Shown: positions 26,479 through 36,610 of the stretch, one piece after another
Layout: every line of letters begins with the position of its first letter
Numbering within the stretch: the first letter of the stretch is position 1
DNA from: Candidatus Aquidulcis sp.
GTDB lineage: Bacteria; Chloroflexota; Limnocylindria; Limnocylindrales; Limnocylindraceae
Direction: 5' to 3'
DNA: 64,000 nt
Assembly: GCA_009919005.1 (NCBI GenBank)
Contig: RGCW01000001.1
Span: 13,591 to 77,590, forward strand
The notes under the pieces: model-generated
The model's database searches: none
What the model saw: the letters and a program-made list of their open reading frames with translations, nothing else
Told to the model about the DNA's origin: nothing
Made by a program: the position numbers and the translations under genes

Positions 26479-27632
26479 GCCGGTCGTGGACGGGCGATCC
26501 GCCCGCCCGCCACCAGGGTCTCCCCGTCATACATCACCACCGTCTGCCCGGGGGATGGGGCCCAAAGTGGGTCGCTTAATGCAAGTGACGCCTCGCCACC
26601 ACCACAGCCAGTGATCGTTCCTCGAACTAGCGTCCCCCGATGACGAATGCGCGCATGCCCCTCCAACGTCTGACCCAACGCAACGGGCCCGTCAGGGGTC
26701 GAAACTCCAACAAGCGCAATGTTGCGCACATCAAGTGCAGCGCGAGGGGCGATCGTGATGCGATTCGTAACCGGATCTACCGAGCTCACGTACCGCGCTG
26801 CAACGCCGCTCCCAGGTAGCCCTTTGCGCTGCCCGACAGTAAAACCTTCCGTACCCGCGTGTGTACCAACATGAGCACCCGATTCATCGATGATCTCCCC
26901 AACGCCGCGGCCGACACCACGCTCGCGCAACAAACTACGGTAGTCCCCATCGGGCACAAAACAAATCTCTTGGCTCTCCGGCTTTTCGGCGGTGACAAGG
27001 CCACGCTGACGCGCTGCTTCGCGGACCTCTGGTTTTGTCATGCCCCCAAGTGGAAACCGAGCCCGAGCAATCGCCGCACTATCAAGTCCGTGGAGGAAGT
27101 AGGTCTGGTCTTTGTCGGAATCAATCGCTGAGCGCAGCCGCCACGATCCTCCATCCACGGTAACGGCGCGTCGCGCATAGTGGCCAGTGGCAACTGCAGT
27201 GCAGCCAAACAGGGCGCTCCCCTTGCCGACTAGCGCGCCAAACTTTACCGCCGTGTTGCAACCAACACAGGGACTTGGCGTCTCGCCACTCGCGTACGCT
27301 GCAACAAAGGGGTCTAACACCGAATTGGCAAACTCTTCCTCAAGGTTTTGAATATGAAACGGAATGCCGAGATGGTCAGCGACTCGACGGGCATCATCGG
27401 CTGCATCAAGCGTGCAACAACTCTTTCGGTGACCGTCACCTTGATCTGCCGCGCTGTGGAGCCGCATCCAAACTCCAACCACCTCATGCCCCGCCTCAAC
27501 GAGGAGGGCGGCCGCTACTGAGGAGTCGACTCCGCCAGAGAGTGCGACGAGGACGCGCTCCGGGACGGACGACTCTGGTGCCTCACGCCACCCGTCTGGT
27601 AGTCCATTGAGCACGGCTGTAGTCGCCGTCAT
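26475..27632 (-). CDS. mnmA: tRNA-specific 2-thiouridylase
   Basis: 385 aa with the PP-loop ALSGGVDSSVAA. Confidence 0.9.
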   Translation of the reverse strand: MTATTAVLNGLPDGWREAPESSVPERVLVALSGGVDSSVAAALLVEAGHEVVGVWMRLHSAADQGDGHRKSCCTLDAADDARRVADHLGIPFHIQNLEEEFANSVLDPFVAAYASGETPSPCVGCNTAVKFGALVGKGSALFGCTAVATGHYARRAVTVDGGSWRLRSAIDSDKDQTYFLHGLDSAAIARARFPLGGMTKPEVREAARQRGLVTAEKPESQEICFVPDGDYRSLLRERGVGRGVGEIIDESGAHVGTHAGTEGFTVGQRKGLPGSGVAARYVSSVDPVTNRITIAPRAALDVRNIALVGVSTPDGPVALGQTLEGHARIRHRGTLVRGTITGCGGGEASLALSDPLWAPSPGQTVVMYDGETLVAGGRIARPRPA

Positions 27633-28783
27633 GCCGGAACCGCTCCGCGGACGCGCTCAAGAACTTCGCGCACGATCCTGGCCGCCGAACGAACCTCGTC
27701 CTCCGTTGTCGTTGTCCCAAAGCTGAATCGCAGTCCGCCGCGAGATTCGCTGTCGCTCAGCCCTAGTGCGAGCAGACCCTCAGAGGGCTCCCGTGAGCCG
27801 CTCACACATGCAGATCCCGTTGATGCGGCGATTCCCGCGTGGTCGAGCGCCGCGACGAGGTCATCGCCGAGCGCCCAACGTGCTGCATACGAGCGATGCC
27901 CAGCAAGGCGAGCCTCACTCGTGAACGGCGCGCCCGTAGCAATGAGACCGAGTGTCGACAGTGGGCCCAATGCTTCATCGAAGGACTGTGCACACGCCTG
28001 AAGCCTGTTCCGCGACTGGTCGATGTGCGCGCGATGTGCACGAAAGGCCGCAGCAAATCCTGCTGCAAGCGTCACGGCCTCGGTCCCTCCACGACGACCA
28101 CGCTCCTGACCACCACCAACAATCATCGGGCGCACCTTTGCCTCGGGGGCGCTGATGAGCGCTGCGACACCGAAGGGGCCTCCTACCTTTGCCGAGCCGA
28201 TCACAAAATGGTCAGCGCCAATAGTGGAAGCAGTGATGGATCCGTGATACGCCGCCTGGACCGCGTCAATCACGAGCGGTCCTCCCGCTGTCTCCCGCCA
28301 GCGCTGTAGTACCTCTGGCCATGGCTGAATCGTACCGACCTCACCAGATGCGAGCGAAAGAAGGCCAGCGGCCCCTTCGGTCGGGCGGCGATGATCCGAG
28401 AGTTGCATGACACCATCGGCGCCAAGCGGGATGAGCTCCACATCGCCGCCCATCGCCGCATGCTGGGATGCCAGGGCGCGCGCGCCTCGATGCTCACCGG
28501 CCGTTGTGTAGAGGCGAAGTGCAGGCGTCAGCACAGAGTGCAACCCAAGGGCGAGTGCTTCGGAGGCGGTAGCGGTGAACGTGACCTGACGGGGTTCAAC
28601 GCCGAGGTCCTGCGCAAGGCTTGATCGTGCTTCATCAAGGACGGCTCGCGCGCGCCGCGCTTCGGCATGACCGCCGCTAGGATTTCCGATCCCTGCACGC
28701 TGGAGGTCGGACATGAGTGCCACCACCTCGGGGCGTGTCGGCGAGCCAGATGCGTGGTCGAGGAAGATGCGAGGTCGACTCAT
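27629..28783 (-). CDS. Cysteine desulfurase (class V aminotransferase, IscS/NifS-like)
   Basis: 384 aa, PLP-dependent fold with a SGSACVSG catalytic Cys loop. Coupled to mnmA. Confidence 0.85.
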   Translation of the reverse strand: MSRPRIFLDHASGSPTRPEVVALMSDLQRAGIGNPSGGHAEARRARAVLDEARSSLAQDLGVEPRQVTFTATASEALALGLHSVLTPALRLYTTAGEHRGARALASQHAAMGGDVELIPLGADGVMQLSDHRRPTEGAAGLLSLASGEVGTIQPWPEVLQRWRETAGGPLVIDAVQAAYHGSITASTIGADHFVIGSAKVGGPFGVAALISAPEAKVRPMIVGGGQERGRRGGTEAVTLAAGFAAAFRAHRAHIDQSRNRLQACAQSFDEALGPLSTLGLIATGAPFTSEARLAGHRSYAARWALGDDLVAALDHAGIAASTGSACVSGSREPSEGLLALGLSDSESRGGLRFSFGTTTTEDEVRSAARIVREVLERVRGAVPA

Positions 28784-28793
28784 CGGGTGGAGG

Positions 28794-30716
28794 CTACTGC
28801 GACTCCCGCATCTCGGCGCGGCGACCCGCCTCGCGACGCCGGTCGTTCTCGTTCAAAAGCCTCTTGCGCAGGCGGAGTGCCGACGGTGTGACCTCAATCA
28901 GCTCGTCTGGACCGATGAACTCTAGTGCGTTCTCCAGCGCCATACGCCGCGGCGGAGTCAGACGGATCGCCTCGTCGTGAGAGTGCGTGCGCATATTCGT
29001 CAGCTTCTTCTCTCGAACTGCGTTGACATCCATATCACCTGGCTTCGCGCTCTCGCCGATGATCTGCCCCTCGTAGGTCTGCTCGCCCTCGCTAACAAAG
29101 AGTTCGCCACGCTCCTGGATTCCATAGAGGGCATATCCAGTCGTGACGCCAGTGCGATCTGAGATGAGGCAGCCATTCGTCCGATGCGGAATCTCGCCTA
29201 CCCAAGGCTTGTATCCCGCGGAGAGTTGGTGGATCAACGCGGTGCCTCGCGTCTCCGTCAGGATTCGTCCCCGCACCCCGATGAGGCCACGAGTTGGGAT
29301 GAGGAAGTCAACACGTGCACGACCATCCGCGCCATGCTGAATGTTCTCCATGCGAGCGCGCCTCTCGGCCATGATCCCCGTGATCACGCCAACAAAGTCA
29401 ACAGGAACGTCAATGGTTAGTTGCTCAAACGGCTCCTCAATCCCTGACTCCGTGCGATGAATGAGCACCTCGGGGCGCGAGACTTCAAGTTCAAATCCTT
29501 CGCGGCGCATCTGCTCAACAAGGATTGCGAGTTGCAACTCACCTCGGCCACGCACTTGGAACGCCTCTCCCGAATCGGTAGGGCTGACCTCAATCGCAGG
29601 ATTTCCAAGCACCTCTTTCTCAAGTCGAGCCTTTAGCTGGCGTGAGGTGAGGAATTTTCCATCTTTGCCGCCGATTGGACTTGTGTTCACTCCAAAGGTC
29701 ATCTGCAGGGTGGGTGGGTCTACGTGTAGTCGCTCGAGTGGACGAGGATCGGCAGGATCAGTGATCGTCTCACCGATCTCAACGTCGGCGAGGCCCGCAA
29801 TGCCGACGATCTCTCCCGGTCCTGCCTCCGCGACCTCAACTCGGTCAATACCTTGTGGGAGCGTGAGGCTTGTCACTGATCCCGTGACGGATCCTTCATC
29901 ACGAATGACGCTGATCTTCGCCCCCTTGCGGACGAATCCATTTCGAATCCGGCCAACGGCGATGCGCCCCACGAAATCGTTGGCTGCGAGATTGGTGATG
30001 AGCACCTGCAACGGATGACCAGGTTCATGGAGTGGCGCTGGCGCCGTCTCGAGGACGCAGTCCAGAAGTGGCACGAGATCGATGCCGGGAGCCTCGATAT
30101 CTCGCGTCGCAGTGCCGGCTCGGGCATTGGTGTACACGATTGGGAAATCAATCTGCTGCTCATTTGCCCCAAGATCGAGGAAGAGTTCATAAACCTCGTC
30201 GATGACCTCTTTGATGCGGGCGTCCGGTCGATCGATCTTGTTGATCACGAGAATGACTGGCAGAGAGCGTGCAAGCGCCTTGGAGAGGACATACCTCGTC
30301 TGTGGGAGCGGACCCTCAGAGGCGTCGACGAGCAGTAGAACCGCATCAACGGCGAGAAGGCTGCGCTCGACCTCGCCGCCAAAGTCAGCGTGGCCGGGAG
30401 TGTCAACGATGACAACGCGGACCCCTTTGAAGTTGATCGCAGTCTCCTTGGCAAGGATCGTGATCCCCTTCTCTCGCTCGAGGTCGCCGCTGTCCATTAC
30501 GCGCTCCACGAGCTCCTCATTTGCTCGGAAGGCACCGTTCTGGCGAAGGAGGCTGTCTACCAGGGTTGTTTTGCCATGGTCAACGTGCGCAACGATACCC
30601 ACCGTGCGGATGCCGGTTTGCGCGACGAGACCTGCGGGAGGATTTGCTGTGGTCATCGTCAGATTCTCGCACGCTTCGCCGACCCGTATACTTTGGCCAT
30701 GACGGTCGCTGCCCAC
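28794..30716 (-). CDS. typA: Translational GTPase TypA/BipA
   Basis: GIVAHVDHGKTTLVD G1 motif and EF-G-like domains. The true start is probably the internal MTTANPP near 30656. Confidence 0.9.
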   Translation of the reverse strand: MGSDRHGQSIRVGEACENLTMTTANPPAGLVAQTGIRTVGIVAHVDHGKTTLVDSLLRQNGAFRANEELVERVMDSGDLEREKGITILAKETAINFKGVRVVIVDTPGHADFGGEVERSLLAVDAVLLLVDASEGPLPQTRYVLSKALARSLPVILVINKIDRPDARIKEVIDEVYELFLDLGANEQQIDFPIVYTNARAGTATRDIEAPGIDLVPLLDCVLETAPAPLHEPGHPLQVLITNLAANDFVGRIAVGRIRNGFVRKGAKISVIRDEGSVTGSVTSLTLPQGIDRVEVAEAGPGEIVGIAGLADVEIGETITDPADPRPLERLHVDPPTLQMTFGVNTSPIGGKDGKFLTSRQLKARLEKEVLGNPAIEVSPTDSGEAFQVRGRGELQLAILVEQMRREGFELEVSRPEVLIHRTESGIEEPFEQLTIDVPVDFVGVITGIMAERRARMENIQHGADGRARVDFLIPTRGLIGVRGRILTETRGTALIHQLSAGYKPWVGEIPHRTNGCLISDRTGVTTGYALYGIQERGELFVSEGEQTYEGQIIGESAKPGDMDVNAVREKKLTNMRTHSHDEAIRLTPPRRMALENALEFIGPDELIEVTPSALRLRKRLLNENDRRREAGRRAEMRESQ

Positions 30717-31229
30717 ATCATCATTTCTGGCGCCCCGAGCGAGGCCGACGCGAACCGTCGTGACCTCTCACGGTTAGTTGAAGCGGCCTGGTCTGGCGGC
30801 GCGCACCCGATCCTGATCTCTGGGCTGGCACCGGGAGAACCTGCGCCAACCCTGAGCCGCGTAACCCCCTCCGCGGACTTCGCCGCGGTCGTTGCCGATG
30901 CGTTGAACGACGTTGCTGGAACCACGGCAATCATCACGCTCCCAATCAGCCACGCGGGGATTGACCCTGAAACCATCACCGCCCTCATTGCCGCACACGG
31001 GCGGCAAGCGCAGCAGATCCTCGTCGCCTCGCGAAATGGGATCGCTGGACCAGTGCGACTCACACCGATCAATGGAACGACGGAGGGCGAACGATCGTTA
31101 GAGTGCGGCGATGAGGGGGCTGTGAGCGCGTCGGACGGTCGCGCACAACTTGCCTACGAAGCGCCACCCGTGGACATGAGCGCCGTAGATCCGTGGGAGC
31201 AGCGCGGCGCCCAGGCCGAAGAGCGCTAA
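30699..31229 (+). CDS. Hypothetical protein (weak resemblance to MobA-like nucleotidyltransferase fold)
   Basis: 177 aa from an internal ATG of track ORF 30390..31229. It exactly fills the only minus-strand coding gap between typA and aspS. No firm motif. Confidence 0.35.
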   Translation: MTVAAHIIISGAPSEADANRRDLSRLVEAAWSGGAHPILISGLAPGEPAPTLSRVTPSADFAAVVADALNDVAGTTAIITLPISHAGIDPETITALIAAHGRQAQQILVASRNGIAGPVRLTPINGTTEGERSLECGDEGAVSASDGRAQLAYEAPPVDMSAVDPWEQRGAQAEER

Positions 31230-33082
31230 CCCCGTACTGGCCGCACCGCGAGGCCGAGCTCGGCCCACTGACTGGCATCGGGCTCTGAAGGCGCCTCCAA
31301 CATCAGATCGCTACCCGACTGAGTTTTCGGAAAGGCCATCACTTCGCGAATGTTGATCTGACCAGCAAGGAGGGCAGCCCATCGCTCCACACCGAGGGCG
31401 ATACCTCCATGCGGAGGCGCACCGTACTCAAAGGCATCAAGGAGTGCTCCGAACTTTCCTCGAGCCCCTTCCAAGGTATGCCCCATGAGTGCAAACGATC
31501 GCTCCAGCATCGCTCGATCATGAATTCGAATCGAGCCGCCACCAAGCTCCCAACCATTCAAGACGATGTCGTACTGCTGCGCGAGCGCTCCAGCTGCAGG
31601 GTCACTTTCGCTCCGCCTGTTCAGATCGCCCGAGGATGTTGCGAGCAGGCTTACGTGTTCTGGCACTGGCGCGGAGAACGGATTGTGGGTCGCGTCCCAT
31701 CGACTCGACTCGGGCTCCCACTGGTACATCGGGAACCGATGCACCCAGCAGAAGGCGAGCACATCGGGATCTGGGATACCCATCTCAATCGCCACCTCAA
31801 CTCGAAGACGGCCCAACACCTCAGCAGAGAGAATCGGCGGGCCCGCGACGATCAAGAGGAGATCGCCATTGCTGTGGGTGCTCTTGCCACCTGTGGCTGT
31901 CCAGAGGACTTCAATGGACTCAGGAGTAAGGAATTTCGCAATGGGCGAGCGGATCTCGCCATCCGGCTGCAGCGCAATCCAGACCAGCCCATCAGCGCCG
32001 TAGCGCTTTGCCTGCTCCGTTAGATCATCCACCTCTGAGCGCGTGACACCACCTCGACCGGCCACACGAATCGCACGGACACGTCCGCTTCGCGCGCGGG
32101 TCTCGTCAAACACCTTGAACCCTGTGGCTTCGGGAAGTGCGGCGCCAAGATCGATCAGCTCCATACCAAAGCGGATATCTGGCTTATCAGAGCCGTATCG
32201 CTCCATCGCCTCCTCATACGTGAACGTAGGAATCGGCAACTGCTGGATAGGGCGATCGGGGCGAATTCGCTTAGTAACCTCAATGACCATAGATTCAACA
32301 AACGCACGCACGCTTGCCTCATCAACAAAACTCATCTCAATGTCAAGTTGAGTGAACTCTGGCTGGCGGTCGCCGCGAAGATCTTCATCGCGGAAACAAC
32401 GCGCAATCTGGAAGTAGCGGTCAAATCCAGCGACCATGAGCAGCTGTTTCATCTGTTGGGGTGATTGTGGCAGGGCGTAGACACTCCCCTGCTGAAGTCG
32501 GGACGGAACGATGAAGTCACGCGCGCCTTCTGGCGTCGATTTGATCAGGATTGGGGTCTCGACCTCGACGAATCCATGTTCATGATGGACCTCGCGGATG
32601 GCCTGCACCATGGCACTGCGGAGCAGGATCCGGTCGCGAAGTGGTTCGCGACGAAGATCTAGATAGCGGTACTTCAATCGCAGACTCTCATCCACTGGAG
32701 CATCTGTGTCATTGATATAGAAGGGTGGCGTCTTCGCCTGGGAAAGCACCGTCACCACTTGGCCGGCGATCTCAATCCCACCCGTGGCGAGCTTCTCGTT
32801 CTCGGTCCCAGCCTGGCGTGGTGCAACGGTCCCCTCGACGGCAATGACCCACTCACTGCGCGCATCGGTGAGAGCCGCGTGTGCTTCAGGGGCGACCGCG
32901 GCATCCACCACCACCTGCACGATGCCGTAGCGGTCTCGAAGGTCGATGAAAACGAGGCTGCCGTGATCACGGCGGCGATGGATCCAGCCGGCGAGGCGTA
33001 CCGTGCGGCCAACATCCTGCAGCCGCAAGGCGCCGCAGACATCAGTACGAAGTCCCGTTGAAAGTTTAGCCGCGTCGCTCAT
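31226..33082 (-). CDS. aspS: Aspartate--tRNA ligase
   Basis: 618 aa; anticodon-binding OB-fold (FIDLRDRYGIVQVV), class II catalytic core and GAD insertion. Confidence 0.95.
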   Translation of the reverse strand: MSDAAKLSTGLRTDVCGALRLQDVGRTVRLAGWIHRRRDHGSLVFIDLRDRYGIVQVVVDAAVAPEAHAALTDARSEWVIAVEGTVAPRQAGTENEKLATGGIEIAGQVVTVLSQAKTPPFYINDTDAPVDESLRLKYRYLDLRREPLRDRILLRSAMVQAIREVHHEHGFVEVETPILIKSTPEGARDFIVPSRLQQGSVYALPQSPQQMKQLLMVAGFDRYFQIARCFRDEDLRGDRQPEFTQLDIEMSFVDEASVRAFVESMVIEVTKRIRPDRPIQQLPIPTFTYEEAMERYGSDKPDIRFGMELIDLGAALPEATGFKVFDETRARSGRVRAIRVAGRGGVTRSEVDDLTEQAKRYGADGLVWIALQPDGEIRSPIAKFLTPESIEVLWTATGGKSTHSNGDLLLIVAGPPILSAEVLGRLRVEVAIEMGIPDPDVLAFCWVHRFPMYQWEPESSRWDATHNPFSAPVPEHVSLLATSSGDLNRRSESDPAAGALAQQYDIVLNGWELGGGSIRIHDRAMLERSFALMGHTLEGARGKFGALLDAFEYGAPPHGGIALGVERWAALLAGQINIREVMAFPKTQSGSDLMLEAPSEPDASQWAELGLAVRPVRG

Positions 33083-33083
33083 C

Positions 33084-34358
33084 TCACCCCTTACCCTGCA
33101 CCAGTCGCCGCGCCGCAGCGATCACTGCGCCACGTTCCGCAGGCTCCCCTTGACTCGCCTCGGTGAGATCTCGCAAGGTGAGACGTCCATCTGGCTCCAC
33201 GATGATGACTGCTCGTGCGCCATCGCGCACGGCGCCCTCCAGCTGCTTGCCGATCTTGCGGGAACTGATGTCCGCACGGGCGCTGACCCCCGCCGCGCGA
33301 AGCTCAAGCGCGGTAGCGATGCGGAGTGCGATGGACTCCGGCTCAATACCAGCCACAACGATGGCTGGCCCCTTCGCGTGCTCTGGGAGGAGTCCGCGCT
33401 CCTCAAGGGCGAGCACGACACGATCGATACCGATCGCAAATCCAATTGCGGGCGTGGCGGTGCCACCAAGCAGCTCCACGAGGCCGTCGTAGCGGCCGCC
33501 GCCACCAAGAGCACCCTGCTGGCCCTGCTCCCCTGGAAGGAGGTACTCCCACGCGGTACGGGTGTAATAGTCCAACCCCCTTACGATGCTTGGCGCCGCT
33601 ACCACAGTGACGCCAATCGTTGCTAGACCTTTTGTGATCGCCGCATGATGGGATGCGCACGCTGCGCAGAGGTGGTCGGTAATTCTTGGCGCTGTTGCGG
33701 CATGGGCGACCGCGACCGGCTCTTTTGAGTCGAGTAGACGCAGTGGATTTGCGGCGAGTCGTGATCGATCCACCTCACTCAGTTGAGGTGCAATTGACGC
33801 GAAGTGTGCCTGTAGCAGCGCAACAAATGCGGGGCGGCACGTCGCACAACCTACAGAGTTGAGATGCACTTCAACGTCGGTGAGTCCCAAATCGCGGAGG
33901 TAGGCGGCGCCGAGAGCGATGACCTCAAGGTCTGACCCCGGTCCACTGTCGCCGATCGCCTCTACGTCGAATTGAGTGAACTGCCGATAGCGGCCCTTCT
34001 GCGGGCGGTCGTAGCGGAAGAGGTGCGCAACGGTGGCGAGTCGCACTGGTTGGGGCTGTGAGCGCATACCGTGTTGAAGATAGGCACGGACCATGCCAGC
34101 GGTCGCTTCAGGTCGAAGGGCGAGCGCCACTGCGTCGTCCCCGCGCGGCTCCAGACGGAAGAGCTCTTTCGACACAATGTCCGAGGTGCCGCCGACGGCG
34201 CGCTCAAAGAGGGCACTCTCCTCGGCGAATGGCAGCTCAATCCGAGCGTATCCAGCAGCATCGGCAGCGGCCCACGCGCGATCAACGGCCCAGCCGTGGG
34301 CTGAGGCGAGAGGCTCCAAGAGGTCACGAAGTCCGCGTGGGGATTGGAATCCGCTCAC
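33084..34358 (-). CDS. hisS: Histidine--tRNA ligase
   Basis: 424 aa with class II motifs and a HisRS-like anticodon-binding domain. Confidence 0.95.
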   Translation of the reverse strand: MSGFQSPRGLRDLLEPLASAHGWAVDRAWAAADAAGYARIELPFAEESALFERAVGGTSDIVSKELFRLEPRGDDAVALALRPEATAGMVRAYLQHGMRSQPQPVRLATVAHLFRYDRPQKGRYRQFTQFDVEAIGDSGPGSDLEVIALGAAYLRDLGLTDVEVHLNSVGCATCRPAFVALLQAHFASIAPQLSEVDRSRLAANPLRLLDSKEPVAVAHAATAPRITDHLCAACASHHAAITKGLATIGVTVVAAPSIVRGLDYYTRTAWEYLLPGEQGQQGALGGGGRYDGLVELLGGTATPAIGFAIGIDRVVLALEERGLLPEHAKGPAIVVAGIEPESIALRIATALELRAAGVSARADISSRKIGKQLEGAVRDGARAVIIVEPDGRLTLRDLTEASQGEPAERGAVIAAARRLVQGKG

Positions 34359-36610
34359 TGGTGTTGCTCCCGCGACACACTGCGCACGCCACGAACGCGT
34401 TCTAGGCGCGCCATCAAGCGGGCGAGTTCACTGATTGAGCCGACCGCCAGGGTCATCAACATCTCCGCATTCGTTTGGCCCGTGGTTTGCACGGTAGCCG
34501 ACATAATGTTGACCTTCTGTTCAGCCACCACCTGCGTGATCTCAGTCAAGAGTCCAGTGCGATCTGTCCCCTCCACTCGAATGGTGACTGGGTAACTCTC
34601 CGTCGTCGCGGGGGTCATCTCCCACTCCACGTCAATCAGGCGCGATGCCTCTCGGGCTGACGTGGAGGCATCGCACGCAGCGAGGTGGACCGTCACACCC
34701 TTCCCCCGCGTGATGAATCCAACAATCGGATCGCCCGGTAGGGGCCTGCAGCATCGTCCAAAGCGGGTCAACAGGTCTGGCACGCCCTTCACGCGGATGC
34801 CACCCGTCCGCTCTGCAGGGGCGACGGCACTTGCACTCGCACTTAACGGCAGGAGCGATTTCGAATCATCAGCGGCAACGCCCAATCGCGAGACTACCTG
34901 TTGAGAGCCCACGGCGCCATACCCAATTGCCGCATAGAGATCGTCCACACTACCTTGATTCAACTGCTTGGCCACCTCTTCGAGCCGTTCACGACCGATC
35001 GAATCGAGCGTAGTACGTGCGAGGCGCCGCAGCTCGCGCTCAAGAGAATCGCGTCCGTGTTGAATGTTCTCATCGCGTTCTTGATGCTTGAACCACTGTC
35101 GAATCTTGTTTCGAGCCTGACGCGTGGTCGCTACATTCAGCCAATCTCTACTTGGACCGTGTTTTCCGCGAGCGGTCACCACCTCGATGATGTCGCCCGA
35201 CTTTAGTCGATACTCCAATGGCACCAAGCGATTATTCACCTTTGCGCCAATGCACCGATGTCCAATATCTGTGTGCACCAGATAGGCAAAATCCAGCGGT
35301 GTAGCGCCCGCAGGCAGCTCCTTTACATCCCCCTTCGGGGTAAACACATACACCTGATCCTGAAAGACATCGAGCCGAACGCCCTCTAGGAACTCTGAGG
35401 CATCGGTGACGTCCCTCTGCCACTCGAGCAACTGTCGCAACCAGGCAAGCTTCGCGTCATATGCAGCGTCAGGCTGCGTGCCGTCTTTATAGCGCCAGTG
35501 AGCGGCGATGCCGACTTCGGCAACCTCGTGCATAGATCTCGTCCGGATCTGAACCTCGAGTGGCCGTCCATCAAGCGCCACCACGGCGGTATGGAGGCTC
35601 TGGTAGAGGTTGTTCTTTGGGACTGCAATGTAGTCGTCAAACTGATTAGGGATAGGACGCCAGACGCTGTGCACCGCGCCTAGCGCCGCGTAGCAGTCAC
35701 GAAGGTTCTCCACGATGACTCGGATTGCGTACACGTCATAGATCTCCGAGAAGTCACTGGATCGTCGTGCCATCTTCTTGTGGATGGAGTAGAGGTGTTT
35801 TGCGCGTCCTGAAAACTCTGCATGGATCCCCGCGCGTTCCAGTTCGGGCTTGAGCACCGCGATCGCACGCTCCACATAATCAGCGCGCATATCACGCCGC
35901 AGGTCAACCATGCTTGCCAGTTCGCGATATCGATCGGGCTCCAATGCCTTGAAGGCGAGATCCTCAAGCTCCCATTTCATCTGCCAGATGCCAAGTCGCT
36001 CGGCCAACGGCGCATAGATCTCTAGGGTCTGTCGGGCAATCCGTCGCTGCTTCTCGATTGGGAGTGCCGCCAAGGTTCGCATGTTATGAAGTCGGTCACC
36101 AAGTTTGATCAAGACAACCCGAATGTCTTGGGCCATGGCCAAGAACATCTTGCGAATGTTTTCGGCGTGCTGCTCCTCGGCGCTCATTGCCGAGAACTTG
36201 CTGAGCTTCGTCACCCCATCGACAAGGGTTCCCACCTCGTCACCAAAGCGCTCCGAAATTTCCGCTGTTGTCACCGACGTGTCTTCGGGGACGTCATGGA
36301 GGAGCGCCGCCGCAAGTGTCGCGGTATCGAGTCCTAGTTCAGCCAAGATCAGCGCTGCCTCGGCGGGGTGTGTAACATACGGCTCGCCCGAGGCACGCAC
36401 CTGTGCGCCGTGCGCCTCGACCGCAAAGAGGAAGGCGTCGTCAACGATCCGAGCCCCCTCCGCGGTGGCGCTCCCTGCGGCGACCTTTTGGAGCAACGCC
36501 GCGCGAAGATCCTCTACTGGACGAGCAAGGGCGCGTACTTTGGCGATTGGATCCGCAACTGGTCGAGGTGACCGAGTTGTTTTCGCCTGTGGCTGTGGCT
36601 CAAGGCTCAT
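34355..36610 (-). CDS. relA: Bifunctional (p)ppGpp synthetase/hydrolase
   Basis: 751 aa with HD hydrolase, RelA/SpoT synthetase, TGS and ACT regions. Confidence 0.95.
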   Translation of the reverse strand: MSLEPQPQAKTTRSPRPVADPIAKVRALARPVEDLRAALLQKVAAGSATAEGARIVDDAFLFAVEAHGAQVRASGEPYVTHPAEAALILAELGLDTATLAAALLHDVPEDTSVTTAEISERFGDEVGTLVDGVTKLSKFSAMSAEEQHAENIRKMFLAMAQDIRVVLIKLGDRLHNMRTLAALPIEKQRRIARQTLEIYAPLAERLGIWQMKWELEDLAFKALEPDRYRELASMVDLRRDMRADYVERAIAVLKPELERAGIHAEFSGRAKHLYSIHKKMARRSSDFSEIYDVYAIRVIVENLRDCYAALGAVHSVWRPIPNQFDDYIAVPKNNLYQSLHTAVVALDGRPLEVQIRTRSMHEVAEVGIAAHWRYKDGTQPDAAYDAKLAWLRQLLEWQRDVTDASEFLEGVRLDVFQDQVYVFTPKGDVKELPAGATPLDFAYLVHTDIGHRCIGAKVNNRLVPLEYRLKSGDIIEVVTARGKHGPSRDWLNVATTRQARNKIRQWFKHQERDENIQHGRDSLERELRRLARTTLDSIGRERLEEVAKQLNQGSVDDLYAAIGYGAVGSQQVVSRLGVAADDSKSLLPLSASASAVAPAERTGGIRVKGVPDLLTRFGRCCRPLPGDPIVGFITRGKGVTVHLAACDASTSAREASRLIDVEWEMTPATTESYPVTIRVEGTDRTGLLTEITQVVAEQKVNIMSATVQTTGQTNAEMLMTLAVGSISELARLMARLERVRGVRSVSREQHQ

